Below the pieces are notes generated by a model. It searched no databases and was not told where the DNA came from. It saw nothing but the letters and a program-made list of their open reading frames with translations. Made by a program: the position numbers and the translations under genes. Shown piece after piece: positions 28,769 through 39,192 of a stretch of DNA of 64,000 nucleotides. The stretch covers positions 8,704 through 72,703 of the forward strand of contig JAYWAC010000199.1 of assembly GCA_043782755.1 (NCBI GenBank), written 5' to 3'. Position 1 is the first letter of the stretch. Each line of letters opens with the position of its first letter. Origin of the DNA: Pseudomonadota bacterium. Its GTDB lineage: Bacteria; Pseudomonadota; Gammaproteobacteria; Ga0077536.

Positions 28769-29302
28769 CTAATTTTCGTGACCGACCGCGCTAGGCCGCT
28801 TCTTGCGACCCGCTGCGGGCCCACGCTCGCCGTATGCCACGCGGGCCTGCTGACGTTGTTCAAGATTGGCGCGCAGACGCGCGAGCAGGCTCTGCAATTG
28901 TTGAACGTCCTTGGGCGCAAATCCGCTCAATGCATTGGCGTTGACCGTCACCGCATAGGGCAGCAGTTTGTTCTCGAGCGCGCGACCGCTGCGGGTCAGA
29001 TGCACATGGCTGTTACGTCGGTCGACTTGCGAGCGGCGGCGTTCGATGTAACCACGCGCTTCCATCTTGGCGAGTTGCTGCGCGGTGGTCGCCTCGGTCG
29101 CGCCGACGCGGTCGCTCAGCACGCGTTGCGTCAGACCATCCTCCTCCCACAACGCGCGCAGATAAAACCACATGCCGACCGGAATATCGTGACCGGCGAG
29201 ATGGTTCTGCAGATCCTGGGCGAACGCCAGATGGGTCATGCGCACCATCGCACCGACGCTTTCGCTGAAGGGCAAGCTGTGCTTTTTCGCGCCCGTTTTC
29301 AT
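28769..29302 (-). CDS. MarR-family transcriptional regulator
   Basis: Winged-helix region LTQRVLSDRVGATEATTAQQLAKMEARGYIERRRSQVDRRNSHVHLT. Start uncertain (29302 chosen; candidates at 29338 and 29248). Confidence 0.7.
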   Translation of the reverse strand: MKTGAKKHSLPFSESVGAMVRMTHLAFAQDLQNHLAGHDIPVGMWFYLRALWEEDGLTQRVLSDRVGATEATTAQQLAKMEARGYIERRRSQVDRRNSHVHLTRSGRALENKLLPYAVTVNANALSGFAPKDVQQLQSLLARLRANLEQRQQARVAYGERGPAAGRKKRPSAVGHEN

Positions 29303-29363
29303 GGCTTCGAAGCCTATGCTAAATTGCTTAGGATGCAAAGTATTTCACTAAAGGCAGGAACCG

Positions 29364-29924
29364 ATGACCGCGCGCATACCCCGCCTCCGCTTTGAACAAT
29401 TGCCGGCGCCGATAGCCGACGGCCTGCGCGCCAAGGTCGAACGCCTCGGCTATCTCGGCGAGTTCTTCGCCGCCACCGCCCATCAGCCCGAGGCCTTGAA
29501 GGCCTTCATGGATTTCACTGATCTGGCCAAGGGTGAACTCGACATGCGCCTGGTGGAGTTGCTCGCTCTCACCGTGGCGACCATGAAGCATGTTGCCTAC
29601 GAAAAGAATCAACATGAACGGCTGGCGGTGAAGCTCGGCTACAGCCGCGACTGGGTGATGGCTGTCGAAGCGCTCAATCCCGATGCACAGACACTATTCA
29701 ACGACGACGAACGCGCGGTGCAGCGCTATGTCATCGCGGCGGTCGAGCGCGACGGCGTCGATGTCGGCTCGCTATTGCAAGCCGTGGTCGAACGCCTCGG
29801 CGTCGCCGGCGCGGTGGCGGTGATGTTCGTCATGGGCCGCTATACGACCCACGCCATCATCGTCAACAGTCTCGATATCAAAGCCCCCGTGCCGTCGATT
29901 TTCGACGACGGCTTCACCGCTTGA
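29364..29924 (+). CDS. Carboxymuconolactone decarboxylase (AhpD-like) family protein
   Basis: CMD-fold helical protein. Assignment is by overall similarity, moderate. Confidence 0.55.
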   Translation: MTARIPRLRFEQLPAPIADGLRAKVERLGYLGEFFAATAHQPEALKAFMDFTDLAKGELDMRLVELLALTVATMKHVAYEKNQHERLAVKLGYSRDWVMAVEALNPDAQTLFNDDERAVQRYVIAAVERDGVDVGSLLQAVVERLGVAGAVAVMFVMGRYTTHAIIVNSLDIKAPVPSIFDDGFTA

Positions 29925-29941
29925 AAGAAGGAAGCAAGCTC

Positions 29942-31060
29942 ATGACGCAAGCACCGGTCAACATCATCGATCAAACGGGCCTGGCGGCACGCGGCAACCA
30001 TCCCGAGAACTGGAAGCCGGCCCGGGAATGGTGGCCTGTCACCATCACGCGTGAACGCTTTGATGAGGAAATCGAGCGCCTGGCTTCACAGCCGCGTCCA
30101 GCCAACGGTCGTCGTCAGGTGCAGTTCGTACATCCCAGCGCCCATCCCGCCACACCCGGTCTGAATCCCGGTGTGCGCGTGACGCTCGATGTATTGCTGC
30201 CGGGTGAGGAAACCGCGCCTGTCCGCCACAACTCGACGCAGGTGAATTTCTGCATCCGTGGTCAGGGCATGACCATCGTCGGCGGTAAGCCGATCCGCTT
30301 CCAACAATATGACGTGTGGAATCATCCATCCTACCTGTCCTATCGCCACGTCAACGACTCGCAGGCATTGCAGGCCCGTCTGACTTATTCCAATGCACCG
30401 CTGCTGGAGATGCTGCGTGTCCATCTGGTTGACGAAGATCCGCCGATGGTGGCTGAGCTTGACCTCCTGCACGACCAGCTGCCGGAAGACAAACGCCGTA
30501 CCAGTCCCTTTGGTATTTTCGAGATCGATGACGACGGCGCGCGCCTCATGCCCTATGAAATCTTGATCAACCCGCCGGCGATGGAATCCAAAGCCCATCA
30601 TTGGCCGTGGCAAATGGTCAAAGAAAATCTCGACAAGCTGACCGCGCTCGGCAAGGACTACATCGGGCGTCGTCTCTATCTGCTCTACAATCCATTGACC
30701 GGTCGCTCTAACGGCACCACGCCGAATTTCTTCGCGACCATGACCGTGCGACCACCGAAGATCATCGACCGTCCCCATCGACATGTATCATCGGCCATCA
30801 ACTATTATTTTTCCGGCAGCGGTTACAGCGTGGTCGATGGTCAACGCTACGAATGGAAGGCCGGTGATCTGATGGTCTCGGCGCCGGGCTGGGCGGTGCA
30901 TAACCATGCATCCTACGACGAGCCGGTATATGAACTGACGATTCAGGATCAACCGCTGCACATCATGATGGAGTCCCTGCTGTGGCAGGAGAGCATGAAA
31001 GAACCGGCGGCGATCCTCGGTTCGAACGCAGGCTTTGCCACCAATCGCCATGCCGGCTGA
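29942..31060 (+). CDS. Bicupin ring-cleavage dioxygenase, gentisate 1,2-dioxygenase-like
   Basis: Two cupin modules with metal-ligand His (HRHVSSAINYYFSGSGYSVVDGQ). ATG at 29942 with GAAGGAAG RBS. Confidence 0.65.
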   Translation: MTQAPVNIIDQTGLAARGNHPENWKPAREWWPVTITRERFDEEIERLASQPRPANGRRQVQFVHPSAHPATPGLNPGVRVTLDVLLPGEETAPVRHNSTQVNFCIRGQGMTIVGGKPIRFQQYDVWNHPSYLSYRHVNDSQALQARLTYSNAPLLEMLRVHLVDEDPPMVAELDLLHDQLPEDKRRTSPFGIFEIDDDGARLMPYEILINPPAMESKAHHWPWQMVKENLDKLTALGKDYIGRRLYLLYNPLTGRSNGTTPNFFATMTVRPPKIIDRPHRHVSSAINYYFSGSGYSVVDGQRYEWKAGDLMVSAPGWAVHNHASYDEPVYELTIQDQPLHIMMESLLWQESMKEPAAILGSNAGFATNRHAG

Positions 31061-31112
31061 GACAGCGGCGAGAATCACGACGTTGCAATCAAAGCGCGAG
31101 GCCGCCTGAACC

Positions 31113-31730
31113 ATGTTCTTCAAAACCAGCGAGGGCATGCGCCCTGCGCCACTCAAGCACAACCCGGTCAATGCACTGGTATGCCCACGCCCGATTGCCT
31201 GGGTCAGCACGCTGGGCGCCGATGGCACACCCAACCTTGCGCCGTTCTCCTACTTCAACGCGGTGTCGGCCGACCCGCCCTTCGTGATGTTCGCGCCCAA
31301 TGCCAAGGCAGCGGGCGCCGCCAAGGACAGTTATGCCAATCTGCTCACGACAGCGGAATTCGTGGTGTCGCTGGTCAGTCGCGCGCAGGCCGAGCAGATG
31401 AACGCGACGTCCAAGATCTATGCCCTGGGCGTGAATGAATTCGAACGCTGTGGCGTGACATCGGCACCGTCACACACGGTGCGCCCGCCGCGCGTCGCGG
31501 GCTCCCATGCGGCCTTTGAATGTCGGGTGTATCAGATCATCGGCCTGCCAGTAGGCAGTGATCAACGCGAGAGTCATGTCGTGATCGGCGAGGTCACCGG
31601 TATCTTCATCGACGATGCCGTCATCGTGGATGGCCAAGTGAGCGAGCGTTTGCTCGATCCTCTGGCGCGTCTCGGTGCCTTCAACTATGGGACGCTAGGT
31701 GAGATCCTCGCCATTCCCCGCCCGGCATAA
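31113..31730 (+). CDS. Flavin reductase-like (NADH:FMN oxidoreductase, DIM6/NTAB family) protein
   Basis: Flavin_Reduct domain pattern (ICPRPIAWVST...APFSYF...). Confidence 0.72.
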   Translation: MFFKTSEGMRPAPLKHNPVNALVCPRPIAWVSTLGADGTPNLAPFSYFNAVSADPPFVMFAPNAKAAGAAKDSYANLLTTAEFVVSLVSRAQAEQMNATSKIYALGVNEFERCGVTSAPSHTVRPPRVAGSHAAFECRVYQIIGLPVGSDQRESHVVIGEVTGIFIDDAVIVDGQVSERLLDPLARLGAFNYGTLGEILAIPRPA

Positions 31731-31768
31731 GTGCGCTCATGCCGTGCCGGTCGGCGCGAGGTGGCAGC

Positions 31769-32290
31769 TCACCACTGACGCGGGCGACCGACATCCAGAT
31801 GGACGAAATTGGACGAGGCGTAATAGCCGACGCCGCCCAGCTTGAGGCGGGCCGCGACGTCGCGCAGATGACGGGTGCGGGTGTCGGCGAGGCGTAGATC
31901 GATGGCCATGCCATCCATGTGCAGACTGTGTTCCGCCACCCCTGTGCTGGTCCGACGCAGGAAGGCATTGGTGGCCGGTGAGCGATAGCCGCAGATGATC
32001 CGATAGGGCGCATCACTGCCGACAGCAGCGTGCACGAGATAGAGCTGGTCGAGTAACTGTCGGCGGATCGGATAGATCTCGGCGGTACGGAAATCGCGCA
32101 GCAGATGATTGATTGCACCGAGAGCGTGGTCGTTATACACGCCATTGGCATAGTAGGTGATGGCGAGCCGCTCACCGGTATGCAGATGTTCAAAGGCCAG
32201 TGAGCGTCGCGCTGCGGGCATGGCCCAGGCCGGTGCCGCGAATAGCGCGGCCGCGCTCATGCCCAGTTGCAGTAGACCTCGCCGCGACAT
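31769..32290 (-). CDS. DUF882 / peptidase-M15-like protein YcbK(MepK)-like, Tat signal peptide
   Basis: MSRRGLLQLGMSAAALFAAPAWA Tat-type signal; Zn ligands (EHSLHMDGMAIDL...FVHLDV). Confidence 0.68.
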   Translation of the reverse strand: MSRRGLLQLGMSAAALFAAPAWAMPAARRSLAFEHLHTGERLAITYYANGVYNDHALGAINHLLRDFRTAEIYPIRRQLLDQLYLVHAAVGSDAPYRIICGYRSPATNAFLRRTSTGVAEHSLHMDGMAIDLRLADTRTRHLRDVAARLKLGGVGYYASSNFVHLDVGRPRQW

Positions 32291-32411
32291 CGAGGTGGCC
32301 GCCGTGCGTGTTTGTTCCGTCGATTTGTTTATCGGCACCCTTTCCCCCACGTCGGTTCGGTCGCGAACCGGGCTAGTATAGGCAGACCCTACCCCGAGCA
32401 ATCAAGTACGA

Positions 32412-34067
32412 ATGCAGGCCCCCATCATTACCCACGCCCATGCGCGCGTGCTCTACGTTCTGTTGTTTCTCGTTATCATCACGTTATCGCCGACCTCGGT
32501 GCGCGCCGCGAACGATATCGCCGCGCTGCTCGCCGGCGACGCGCCCCAGCTGCAGATCGCGGGTGAGACCGTGTGGTCCACACCCTTCTTGCGTCAACTC
32601 TATGCCGCGCCTGACAGCGCGCCGCGCTGGACCAGCAAGCAACTCGCGGTCTTGCGCAGCGCGATCGCCGAGAGCTTCGCCGACGGTCTCGATCCCCACG
32701 ATTTTCTTGCCGACAGACTTGACGACCTTGACACGCTGCCAAGCGCGATGCGCGAAGTGCTCGCGACCGAGGCGCTCGCGCGACTCGCCTTCACCTTGCG
32801 CTTCGGCAAATGCAATCCAGAGGCGCTCGATCCCGATTGGAATTATTCGCGCAGCTTTGGCAAGACCGATCCGACGGTGTGGTTGCGCGAGTCAATCGCG
32901 AGCGACAAGTTGGCCGAGCGTCTCGCCGCTCTGCGGCCGGCCGACAACTACTATCGCGCACTGCAGAAGGCCCTCGCCGATTATCGTGCGCGGCAAGAGC
33001 GTGGCGAGAAATGGCCGAGTGTCGCAAGCGGTCCAACGCTGAAGCCTGGCATGAGCGAACCACGCATCGCGCAAGTGCGCGCGCGACTGCTGGCGAGCGC
33101 TGAGTATGTGGATGCGTCCGACGCCACCGATGCGTCGCTGTTTGACGATCGCCTGGCCGAAGCGGTGCGCGACTTTCAGCGTCGCCAGGGATTGGAGATC
33201 GACGGCGCAGTAGGACGCGGCACGGTCGCAGTGTTGAATGTCTCGATATCCGAACGCATCGCGCAGCTGCGCGTCAATCTCGAACGGGTGCGTTGGGTGT
33301 TCCGCGATCTGGAAGCCGAGGCCTTGTCCGTCAACATCGCAGCCTTCGAGGCGGTCTATCTCGATCATGGCCAGGTGCGCTGGTCGGGCCGCGTGATCGT
33401 CGGCAAACCCTATCGTAAAACGCCGATCTTCAAGGACCATCTGTCCTACGTCGAATTGAATCCGAGCTGGACCGTGCCGCCGACTATCCTGCGCGAGGAC
33501 ATTCTGCCCAAGCTCAAGGTCGACCCCGACTTCCTGGCCAAAAAGAATTTGCGATTGATCGACTTCGACGGCGCTGCGGTCGACCCGCGCAAGATCGACT
33601 GGCGCGCGCGGGGCGCTGGCTTCCCCTACTTCCTGCGTCAGGAGGCCGGGCCCGACAATCCGCTGGGTCGAGTGGCCTTCATGTTCCCCAATGTGCATGC
33701 CGTCTATCTGCACGACACGCCGACCCGCAGCCTGTTTGCGCTGGCCGAACGCGCCTTCAGTTCGGGCTGTATCCGCATCGAGAACCCGCTCAAGCTCGCC
33801 GAAGAGGTGTTGCGCGACGATCCGCACTGGACGCGTGCGGCCTTGGAGCAGGCTATCGCCAAGGGTCACAACCAGCGCATCAACCTGCCGCGTAAGATCA
33901 GCATCATGCTGCTGTATCTGACCGCTTTTCCCGGCGTGGATGGCGAAGTGCAGTTTCGTCGCGATGTTTACGAGCGGGACGGCGCGGTGCGGGCGGCACT
34001 AGACGCGCCCCTGCGCTGGACCCCGCCCAAGGACTTCCAACTGCCCGCCGCGCGAGGCAGTGCCTAA
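32412..34067 (+). CDS. L,D-transpeptidase, YcbB/LdtD family (PG-binding domain + YkuD catalytic domain)
   Basis: Signal peptide; peptidoglycan-binding DFQRRQGLEIDGAVGRGT; catalytic HDTP...SSGCIRIENP. Confidence 0.8.
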   Translation: MQAPIITHAHARVLYVLLFLVIITLSPTSVRAANDIAALLAGDAPQLQIAGETVWSTPFLRQLYAAPDSAPRWTSKQLAVLRSAIAESFADGLDPHDFLADRLDDLDTLPSAMREVLATEALARLAFTLRFGKCNPEALDPDWNYSRSFGKTDPTVWLRESIASDKLAERLAALRPADNYYRALQKALADYRARQERGEKWPSVASGPTLKPGMSEPRIAQVRARLLASAEYVDASDATDASLFDDRLAEAVRDFQRRQGLEIDGAVGRGTVAVLNVSISERIAQLRVNLERVRWVFRDLEAEALSVNIAAFEAVYLDHGQVRWSGRVIVGKPYRKTPIFKDHLSYVELNPSWTVPPTILREDILPKLKVDPDFLAKKNLRLIDFDGAAVDPRKIDWRARGAGFPYFLRQEAGPDNPLGRVAFMFPNVHAVYLHDTPTRSLFALAERAFSSGCIRIENPLKLAEEVLRDDPHWTRAALEQAIAKGHNQRINLPRKISIMLLYLTAFPGVDGEVQFRRDVYERDGAVRAALDAPLRWTPPKDFQLPAARGSA

Positions 34068-34262
34068 CCGCCTCTCGGCGTCACGAAGGGGGCGCCGGCG
34101 GCGCCAAACGCGTATCATGCGGCACCGCCGCATTCCAGCTCTCCGTCGCGCCCACGCGCGCCTGGCTCTAGAACTCGAATGCCTCGGCACTGCGCCACCA
34201 CGCCAGTCCTCGGAACGGCGGCGGCGGCTTGACTCAACGCTTGCCTGTTTCGGAATCCTATC

Positions 34263-35888
34263 GTGCTCACAACTGCCAACGTCACCATCCAATTCGGCGC
34301 CAAGCCCCTGTTCGAAAACGTCTCGGTCAAATTCGGCAATGGCAATCGCTATGGCCTGATCGGCGCCAACGGCTGCGGCAAATCGACCTTCATGAAAATC
34401 CTCGGCGGTGAACTCGCGCCGACCAATGGCAACATCTCGATCGACCCAGGCGAGCGTCTCGGCAAGCTGCGCCAGGACCAGTTCGCCTTTGAGGACTGCA
34501 CAGTGTTGAACACCGTGATCATGGGGCACGAGCAGTTGTGGGAAGTGAAATCGGAACGCGAGCGCATCTACGCCATGGAACACATGAGCGAAGAAGACGG
34601 CATGCGCGTCGCCGAACTGGAAGTGCGTTTCGCCGAACTCGATGGCTACACCTGCGAATCGCGCGCTGGTGAGTTGCTGATGGGCGTCGGCATACCCATT
34701 GAACAGCATGAAGGCCCGATGAGTCAGGTCGCGCCAGGCTGGAAGTTGCGCGTGTTGTTGGCCCAGGCTTTGTTTGGCGAGCCACATATTCTGCTGCTCG
34801 ACGAACCGACCAATAACCTCGACATCAACGCCATCCGCTGGTTGGAAGAGATCCTCAACACGCGCAGCTGCACGATGGTGATCGTGTCCCACGATCGTCA
34901 CTTCCTCAACAGCGTGTGCACGCACATGGCCGATCTCGACTACGGCGAGCTGCGTGTGTATCCGGGCAACTACGACGACTACATGACGGCCTCGACCGCA
35001 GTGCGCGAGCGTATGCTCGCCAACAATGCCAAGAAGCAGACCCAGATCGAAGATCTGAAACAGTTCGTCAGTCGCTTCTCGGCCAACGCCTCGAAAGCAC
35101 GCCAGGCCACCTCGCGCGCGCGCCAGATTGAGAAGATACAGCTCGAGGACGTCAAGCCTTCGAGCCGCGTCAATCCTTACATCCGCCTTGAGCAGAGCAA
35201 GAAGCTCCATCGCCTGGCGGTAGAAACCGAGAAACTGAGCAAGGGCTTTGACGGCGTAACGCTGTTCGACAAGCTCGACCTCGCAGTGGCGGCCGGTGAG
35301 CGCGTCGCGATCATCGGGCCTAACGGTATCGGTAAGACCACCCTACTGCATTGCCTGGCGGGCGATGTCACGCCGGACAAGGGCCAAGTGAAATGGGCCG
35401 AGAACGCCGAGGTCGGCTATGTGCGCCAGAACCGCGCGGCTGACTTCGAGAAAGACAGCAATCTGTTTGAATGGATGAGCCACTGGCGTCAGAAGGGCGA
35501 CGATGACATGCGCGTGCGCGCGGTGCTCGGTCAGTTGCTGTTCTCCAAGGACGACAGCAATAAATCTGTACATGTGATCTCGGGCGGTGAAGAAGCACGC
35601 ATGCTGTTTGGCAAGCTGGTGCTGGAAAAGCCCAATGTCTTACTGCTCGACGAACCGACCAATCACTTGGACATGGAATCCATCGAGTCGCTGAACCAGG
35701 CCTTGGACAATTATCCCGGCACGCTGATCTTCGTCAGCCATGATCGGGAATTCGTGTCTTCGCTGGCCACGCGCGTCATTGAGATGACCCATGAAGGCAT
35801 CATCGACTTCAAGGGCACTTATGATGAATATCTGCAGTCGCGCGGTCTGGAGAAAGCGGCACCCCGTAGAGTGCCCGCCAAAGCCTAG
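34263..35888 (+). CDS. ABC-F family ATPase (YbiT/Uup-like, two ABC domains, no TMD)
   Basis: Two Walker A motifs ([18 protein letters not shown]), two LSGG signatures, and an inter-domain linker. Confidence 0.85.
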   Translation: MLTTANVTIQFGAKPLFENVSVKFGNGNRYGLIGANGCGKSTFMKILGGELAPTNGNISIDPGERLGKLRQDQFAFEDCTVLNTVIMGHEQLWEVKSERERIYAMEHMSEEDGMRVAELEVRFAELDGYTCESRAGELLMGVGIPIEQHEGPMSQVAPGWKLRVLLAQALFGEPHILLLDEPTNNLDINAIRWLEEILNTRSCTMVIVSHDRHFLNSVCTHMADLDYGELRVYPGNYDDYMTASTAVRERMLANNAKKQTQIEDLKQFVSRFSANASKARQATSRARQIEKIQLEDVKPSSRVNPYIRLEQSKKLHRLAVETEKLSKGFDGVTLFDKLDLAVAAGERVAIIGPNGIGKTTLLHCLAGDVTPDKGQVKWAENAEVGYVRQNRAADFEKDSNLFEWMSHWRQKGDDDMRVRAVLGQLLFSKDDSNKSVHVISGGEEARMLFGKLVLEKPNVLLLDEPTNHLDMESIESLNQALDNYPGTLIFVSHDREFVSSLATRVIEMTHEGIIDFKGTYDEYLQSRGLEKAAPRRVPAKA

Positions 35889-35942
35889 TCCCTCAGGAAT
35901 GTGTCGGAGCATGCGCCCCGACACAGGCCGCAACGCTAACGC

Positions 35943-37091
35943 TTAAGCCGCGTCTTCACGCACTTCAATCGGCTGCGGATTCAGTTCCTGCAGCGCCGGC
36001 AACACTTCCTTGGCAAAGAGCTTCATGCTCTTCTCCGCCATCTTCATCGGCATGCCACCGTACTTGAAGACGAACATGATTTCCTCGCAACCGAACTGCA
36101 TGGCCAGATCCTTGGCGCGCTTGATGGTCTGCGTCGGCGTGCCCCACGGATGGGAGTCGACGAAACCACGCAGGAAAGGCGTCGGATCAGCAGCCAGTGC
36201 TTTCTGCATCGCGCCATAGGACTCATAACCCTTGATGTTGCCGAGGTGACTGCCGCGCAGCTCGTAGTGACGCAGCGCCGAATCGGCGTACTCCACCATG
36301 TATTGCTCGGCACCCGCTTGCGCTTCGGCCTCGGTCTCGGCCACATACGTCCACAACGCGAGCTTGGTTTTGGACGGCGCGAAGCCGGCCTTGGCATGCA
36401 GGCGTGCATACTTGCGCGCCGTTTCGAGCGAGAGCCCCAAGCTCGTGGTGGGAATCACCAACGGCCGCACACCGTGACGCGCGATGATCTCGACGGTCTC
36501 GTCGGTACCGCCGGCACACCATAGATTGGCGCTCAAATCGCGGTCCGGTTGCGGGCGCAGTTTGAGCCCTTTAATCTTGTAGTGCTTGCCGTCGAAATCG
36601 CACTTGCCGGTCGCGAGCAGCTTATTCAAGACCTGCAGCGATTCGTCGAAACGCTCGCGCGCCTCACCCTGATCGATGGAAAGGCCTGCGTATTCACGAC
36701 GACCAAGACCCCGGCCGACGCCACAGATAATCTCGCGCTTGGGGCCTAAAAAAGTGTCGAGCATATTGATGTCTTCGGCGACGCGCACCGGGTTGTGCCA
36801 CGGCAACACGGTGACCATGGTGCCAAGGTCGACACGCTTGGTGATACCCGCCACATAGGTCAGGTATTGCAGCGGGTTGGTGATCATCGTGTAAGGCGTG
36901 AAGTGATGCTCGATGGTCCACACTGCGTCGAAGCCGGTGTCATCGGCGATACGTGCGATATCCAGCTCTTCCAGGACGATCTCGCGATCGGATTGTTGCG
37001 GACGGGCCGCGACTTGCTCGCCGCGCTCTTCCGCTTCGTAACGATCCCAGTCCGAATAATTCTGATTAAAGATTGTGGCGCCTACGCGCAT
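35943..37091 (-). CDS. LLM-class (luciferase-like) flavin-dependent oxidoreductase
   Basis: TIM-barrel LLM pattern from MRVGATIFNQ (ATG at 37091). Confidence 0.78.
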   Translation of the reverse strand: MRVGATIFNQNYSDWDRYEAEERGEQVAARPQQSDREIVLEELDIARIADDTGFDAVWTIEHHFTPYTMITNPLQYLTYVAGITKRVDLGTMVTVLPWHNPVRVAEDINMLDTFLGPKREIICGVGRGLGRREYAGLSIDQGEARERFDESLQVLNKLLATGKCDFDGKHYKIKGLKLRPQPDRDLSANLWCAGGTDETVEIIARHGVRPLVIPTTSLGLSLETARKYARLHAKAGFAPSKTKLALWTYVAETEAEAQAGAEQYMVEYADSALRHYELRGSHLGNIKGYESYGAMQKALAADPTPFLRGFVDSHPWGTPTQTIKRAKDLAMQFGCEEIMFVFKYGGMPMKMAEKSMKLFAKEVLPALQELNPQPIEVREDAA

Positions 37092-37311
37092 GGTCGGTTT
37101 CTCCCTTGGTTGAATGGCATGACGATGGTCGGCTTCACCGGATGCGAGCCCAGACCAGCACCGATACATCGACGTTCGCACAATCATGACCGCTTTGCTT
37201 GATTCGCCTCAAGCAGCAGGCCGTGCATCGCGCACGAAACGCGCACGCGGTGGAATTTCCAATCCTAAGGCGAAGCTTGTCTCCCCCCGAATAGGTGTAG
37301 GCCTGTCATCC

Positions 37312-38145
37312 TTACAGGCTGATGCGCTTGAAAGCCGGCTCGCGCTGTTCAAGAAAGGAGCGCACGCCTTCGCGGAAATCAGGCCGCGTGAGGCTTTCCT
37401 CCATGAGTCGGTTGGTCTCTTCCATGGCCGGCCCCAAGGTCAGCATAAGATGACGATAGACCTGCTGCTTGATGATCATGATCGAAGTCGGCGAGACAGT
37501 GCGTGCCAGTTCGACGATATATTGGCGCGCGCTTTCAAGTGCGGTGCCGGTTTCACAGAGACGATCAGCGAGACCGATCTTCTCAGCTTCTTCGCCATCG
37601 AAACGTCGCGCACTCCATAGGATATCGAGTGCACGCGAAGTACCGATCAGACGCGGCAGCAACCAGCTCACGCCATGCTCGGCCACCAGGCCACGGCCGG
37701 CGAAGGCGGTCGAGAATTTGGCCTGACGTTCGACGAAACGCATGTCGCTCAAGACTGCGAAGCAGAAGCCTAAACCCGCACACGGTCCGTTGATGGCGGC
37801 CAACACCGGTTTGCGCACCGCCAGCAGATAGGTGTAGGCAATGCTGAAGTCGGCGCCCATCGCGGCATCGCCCGGCGCGGCGGCGAGTGCCGAGTCTTCT
37901 TCGCCAGCGAGACTCGCGGCTGCCGAGATTTCGTCCAGCGCCGCCATGTCCATGCCGGCGCAGAAGCCGCGCCCGGCACCGGTCAGAATGATGCCGACCA
38001 CACACGGATCGCGCACGGCGGCCGCCACCGCGTGGCGGATCTCGGCCAGCATGGTGCGCGTGAAAGCGTTCAGCCTCTCGGGCCGGTTCATGGTGATGAT
38101 GGCGACCGGATCCTCGACCCGATAGAGAATGTCTCGATACTGCAT
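37312..38145 (-). CDS. Enoyl-CoA hydratase/isomerase
   Basis: Crotonase motifs GFCAGMDM, INGPCAGLGFCFAVLSDMR. Confidence 0.8.
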   Translation of the reverse strand: MQYRDILYRVEDPVAIITMNRPERLNAFTRTMLAEIRHAVAAAVRDPCVVGIILTGAGRGFCAGMDMAALDEISAAASLAGEEDSALAAAPGDAAMGADFSIAYTYLLAVRKPVLAAINGPCAGLGFCFAVLSDMRFVERQAKFSTAFAGRGLVAEHGVSWLLPRLIGTSRALDILWSARRFDGEEAEKIGLADRLCETGTALESARQYIVELARTVSPTSIMIIKQQVYRHLMLTLGPAMEETNRLMEESLTRPDFREGVRSFLEQREPAFKRISL

Positions 38146-38312
38146 GCTGCGCTCCCCTGCACTGCGTGTATGGCTGGGCCATGCTGGCGGGCCATACGAT
38201 GAAAATGACGATGAATGATTTGGCTGACGGGCAGGATACCATCGCTCCGCCGGTCGCTTGCGAAGGCCTCGGCCCGCCTCGACAATACTGGCCTAGCCCC
38301 GGGAGTACGACG

Positions 38313-39116
38313 ATGACCGCCAGCCAAGCACAGACCAGCACCGAACTCGATGTTAGCTATGATCTCAAGGACGGCATCGCCACCCTCACGCTGAATCGTC
38401 CGAGCCGCTACAACACCCTGACCGGCGACGTCATCGCCACGCTCAGCGCCCATCTCGCGGCGATCGCCGCGAGCAATGAAGTGCGCGTGGTGATCATTGC
38501 GTCTACCGGCAAAGCGTTTTCCACCGGGCACGATTTGAAAGAAATGAACGCCAACCGCGACGAGAGCTTTTATCGTCGCCTGCTGGCCGATTGCTCACGC
38601 ATGATGCAGGCCATCGTCGCCTTACCTCAACCGGTCATCGCCCAGGTGCAGGGCATCGCCACCGCCGCCGGTTGTCAGCTGGTCGCGAGTTGCGATCTGG
38701 CGATCGCAGGCCGCAGCGCGCGCTTCGCCACCAATGGCATCGCTAACGGTCTCTATTGCGCGACGCCATCGGTGGCCTTGAGTCGTGTGGTGCACCGCAA
38801 GCACGCGCTGGAAATGCTACTGACTGGCGACTTCATCGACGCCGCCCGCGCCGCCGAGATTGGCCTCGTCAATCACGTCGTCGACGATGCCGATCTCGCC
38901 CAGACCACGCGCGACCTGGCTGGTCGCATCGCCGAGAAATCGCAATACGCGGTGCGTCTCGGCAAGGCCTCGTTCTACCGCCAGATCGACCAGGGATTGG
39001 ACAGTGCCTATCGCGGCACCTCTCAAGAACTGGTGTGCAATCTGCTCGCGACCGACGGCATCGAAGGACTGAATGCCTTCATCGAGAAGCGCCCGCCGCA
39101 ATGGCAGGACCGCTGA
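38313..39116 (+). CDS. Enoyl-CoA hydratase/isomerase
   Basis: Crotonase motifs (FSTGHDLKEM, AQVQGIATAAGCQLVASCDLAIA). ATG at 38313 with GGGAG RBS. Confidence 0.75.
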   Translation: MTASQAQTSTELDVSYDLKDGIATLTLNRPSRYNTLTGDVIATLSAHLAAIAASNEVRVVIIASTGKAFSTGHDLKEMNANRDESFYRRLLADCSRMMQAIVALPQPVIAQVQGIATAAGCQLVASCDLAIAGRSARFATNGIANGLYCATPSVALSRVVHRKHALEMLLTGDFIDAARAAEIGLVNHVVDDADLAQTTRDLAGRIAEKSQYAVRLGKASFYRQIDQGLDSAYRGTSQELVCNLLATDGIEGLNAFIEKRPPQWQDR

Positions 39117-39192
39117 ATCGACGTCACTGATTTCGACTGAGCGCACGCACATCGCGCGCGCATCGCATCATTTCGCACAAGGAACTCTCGGC

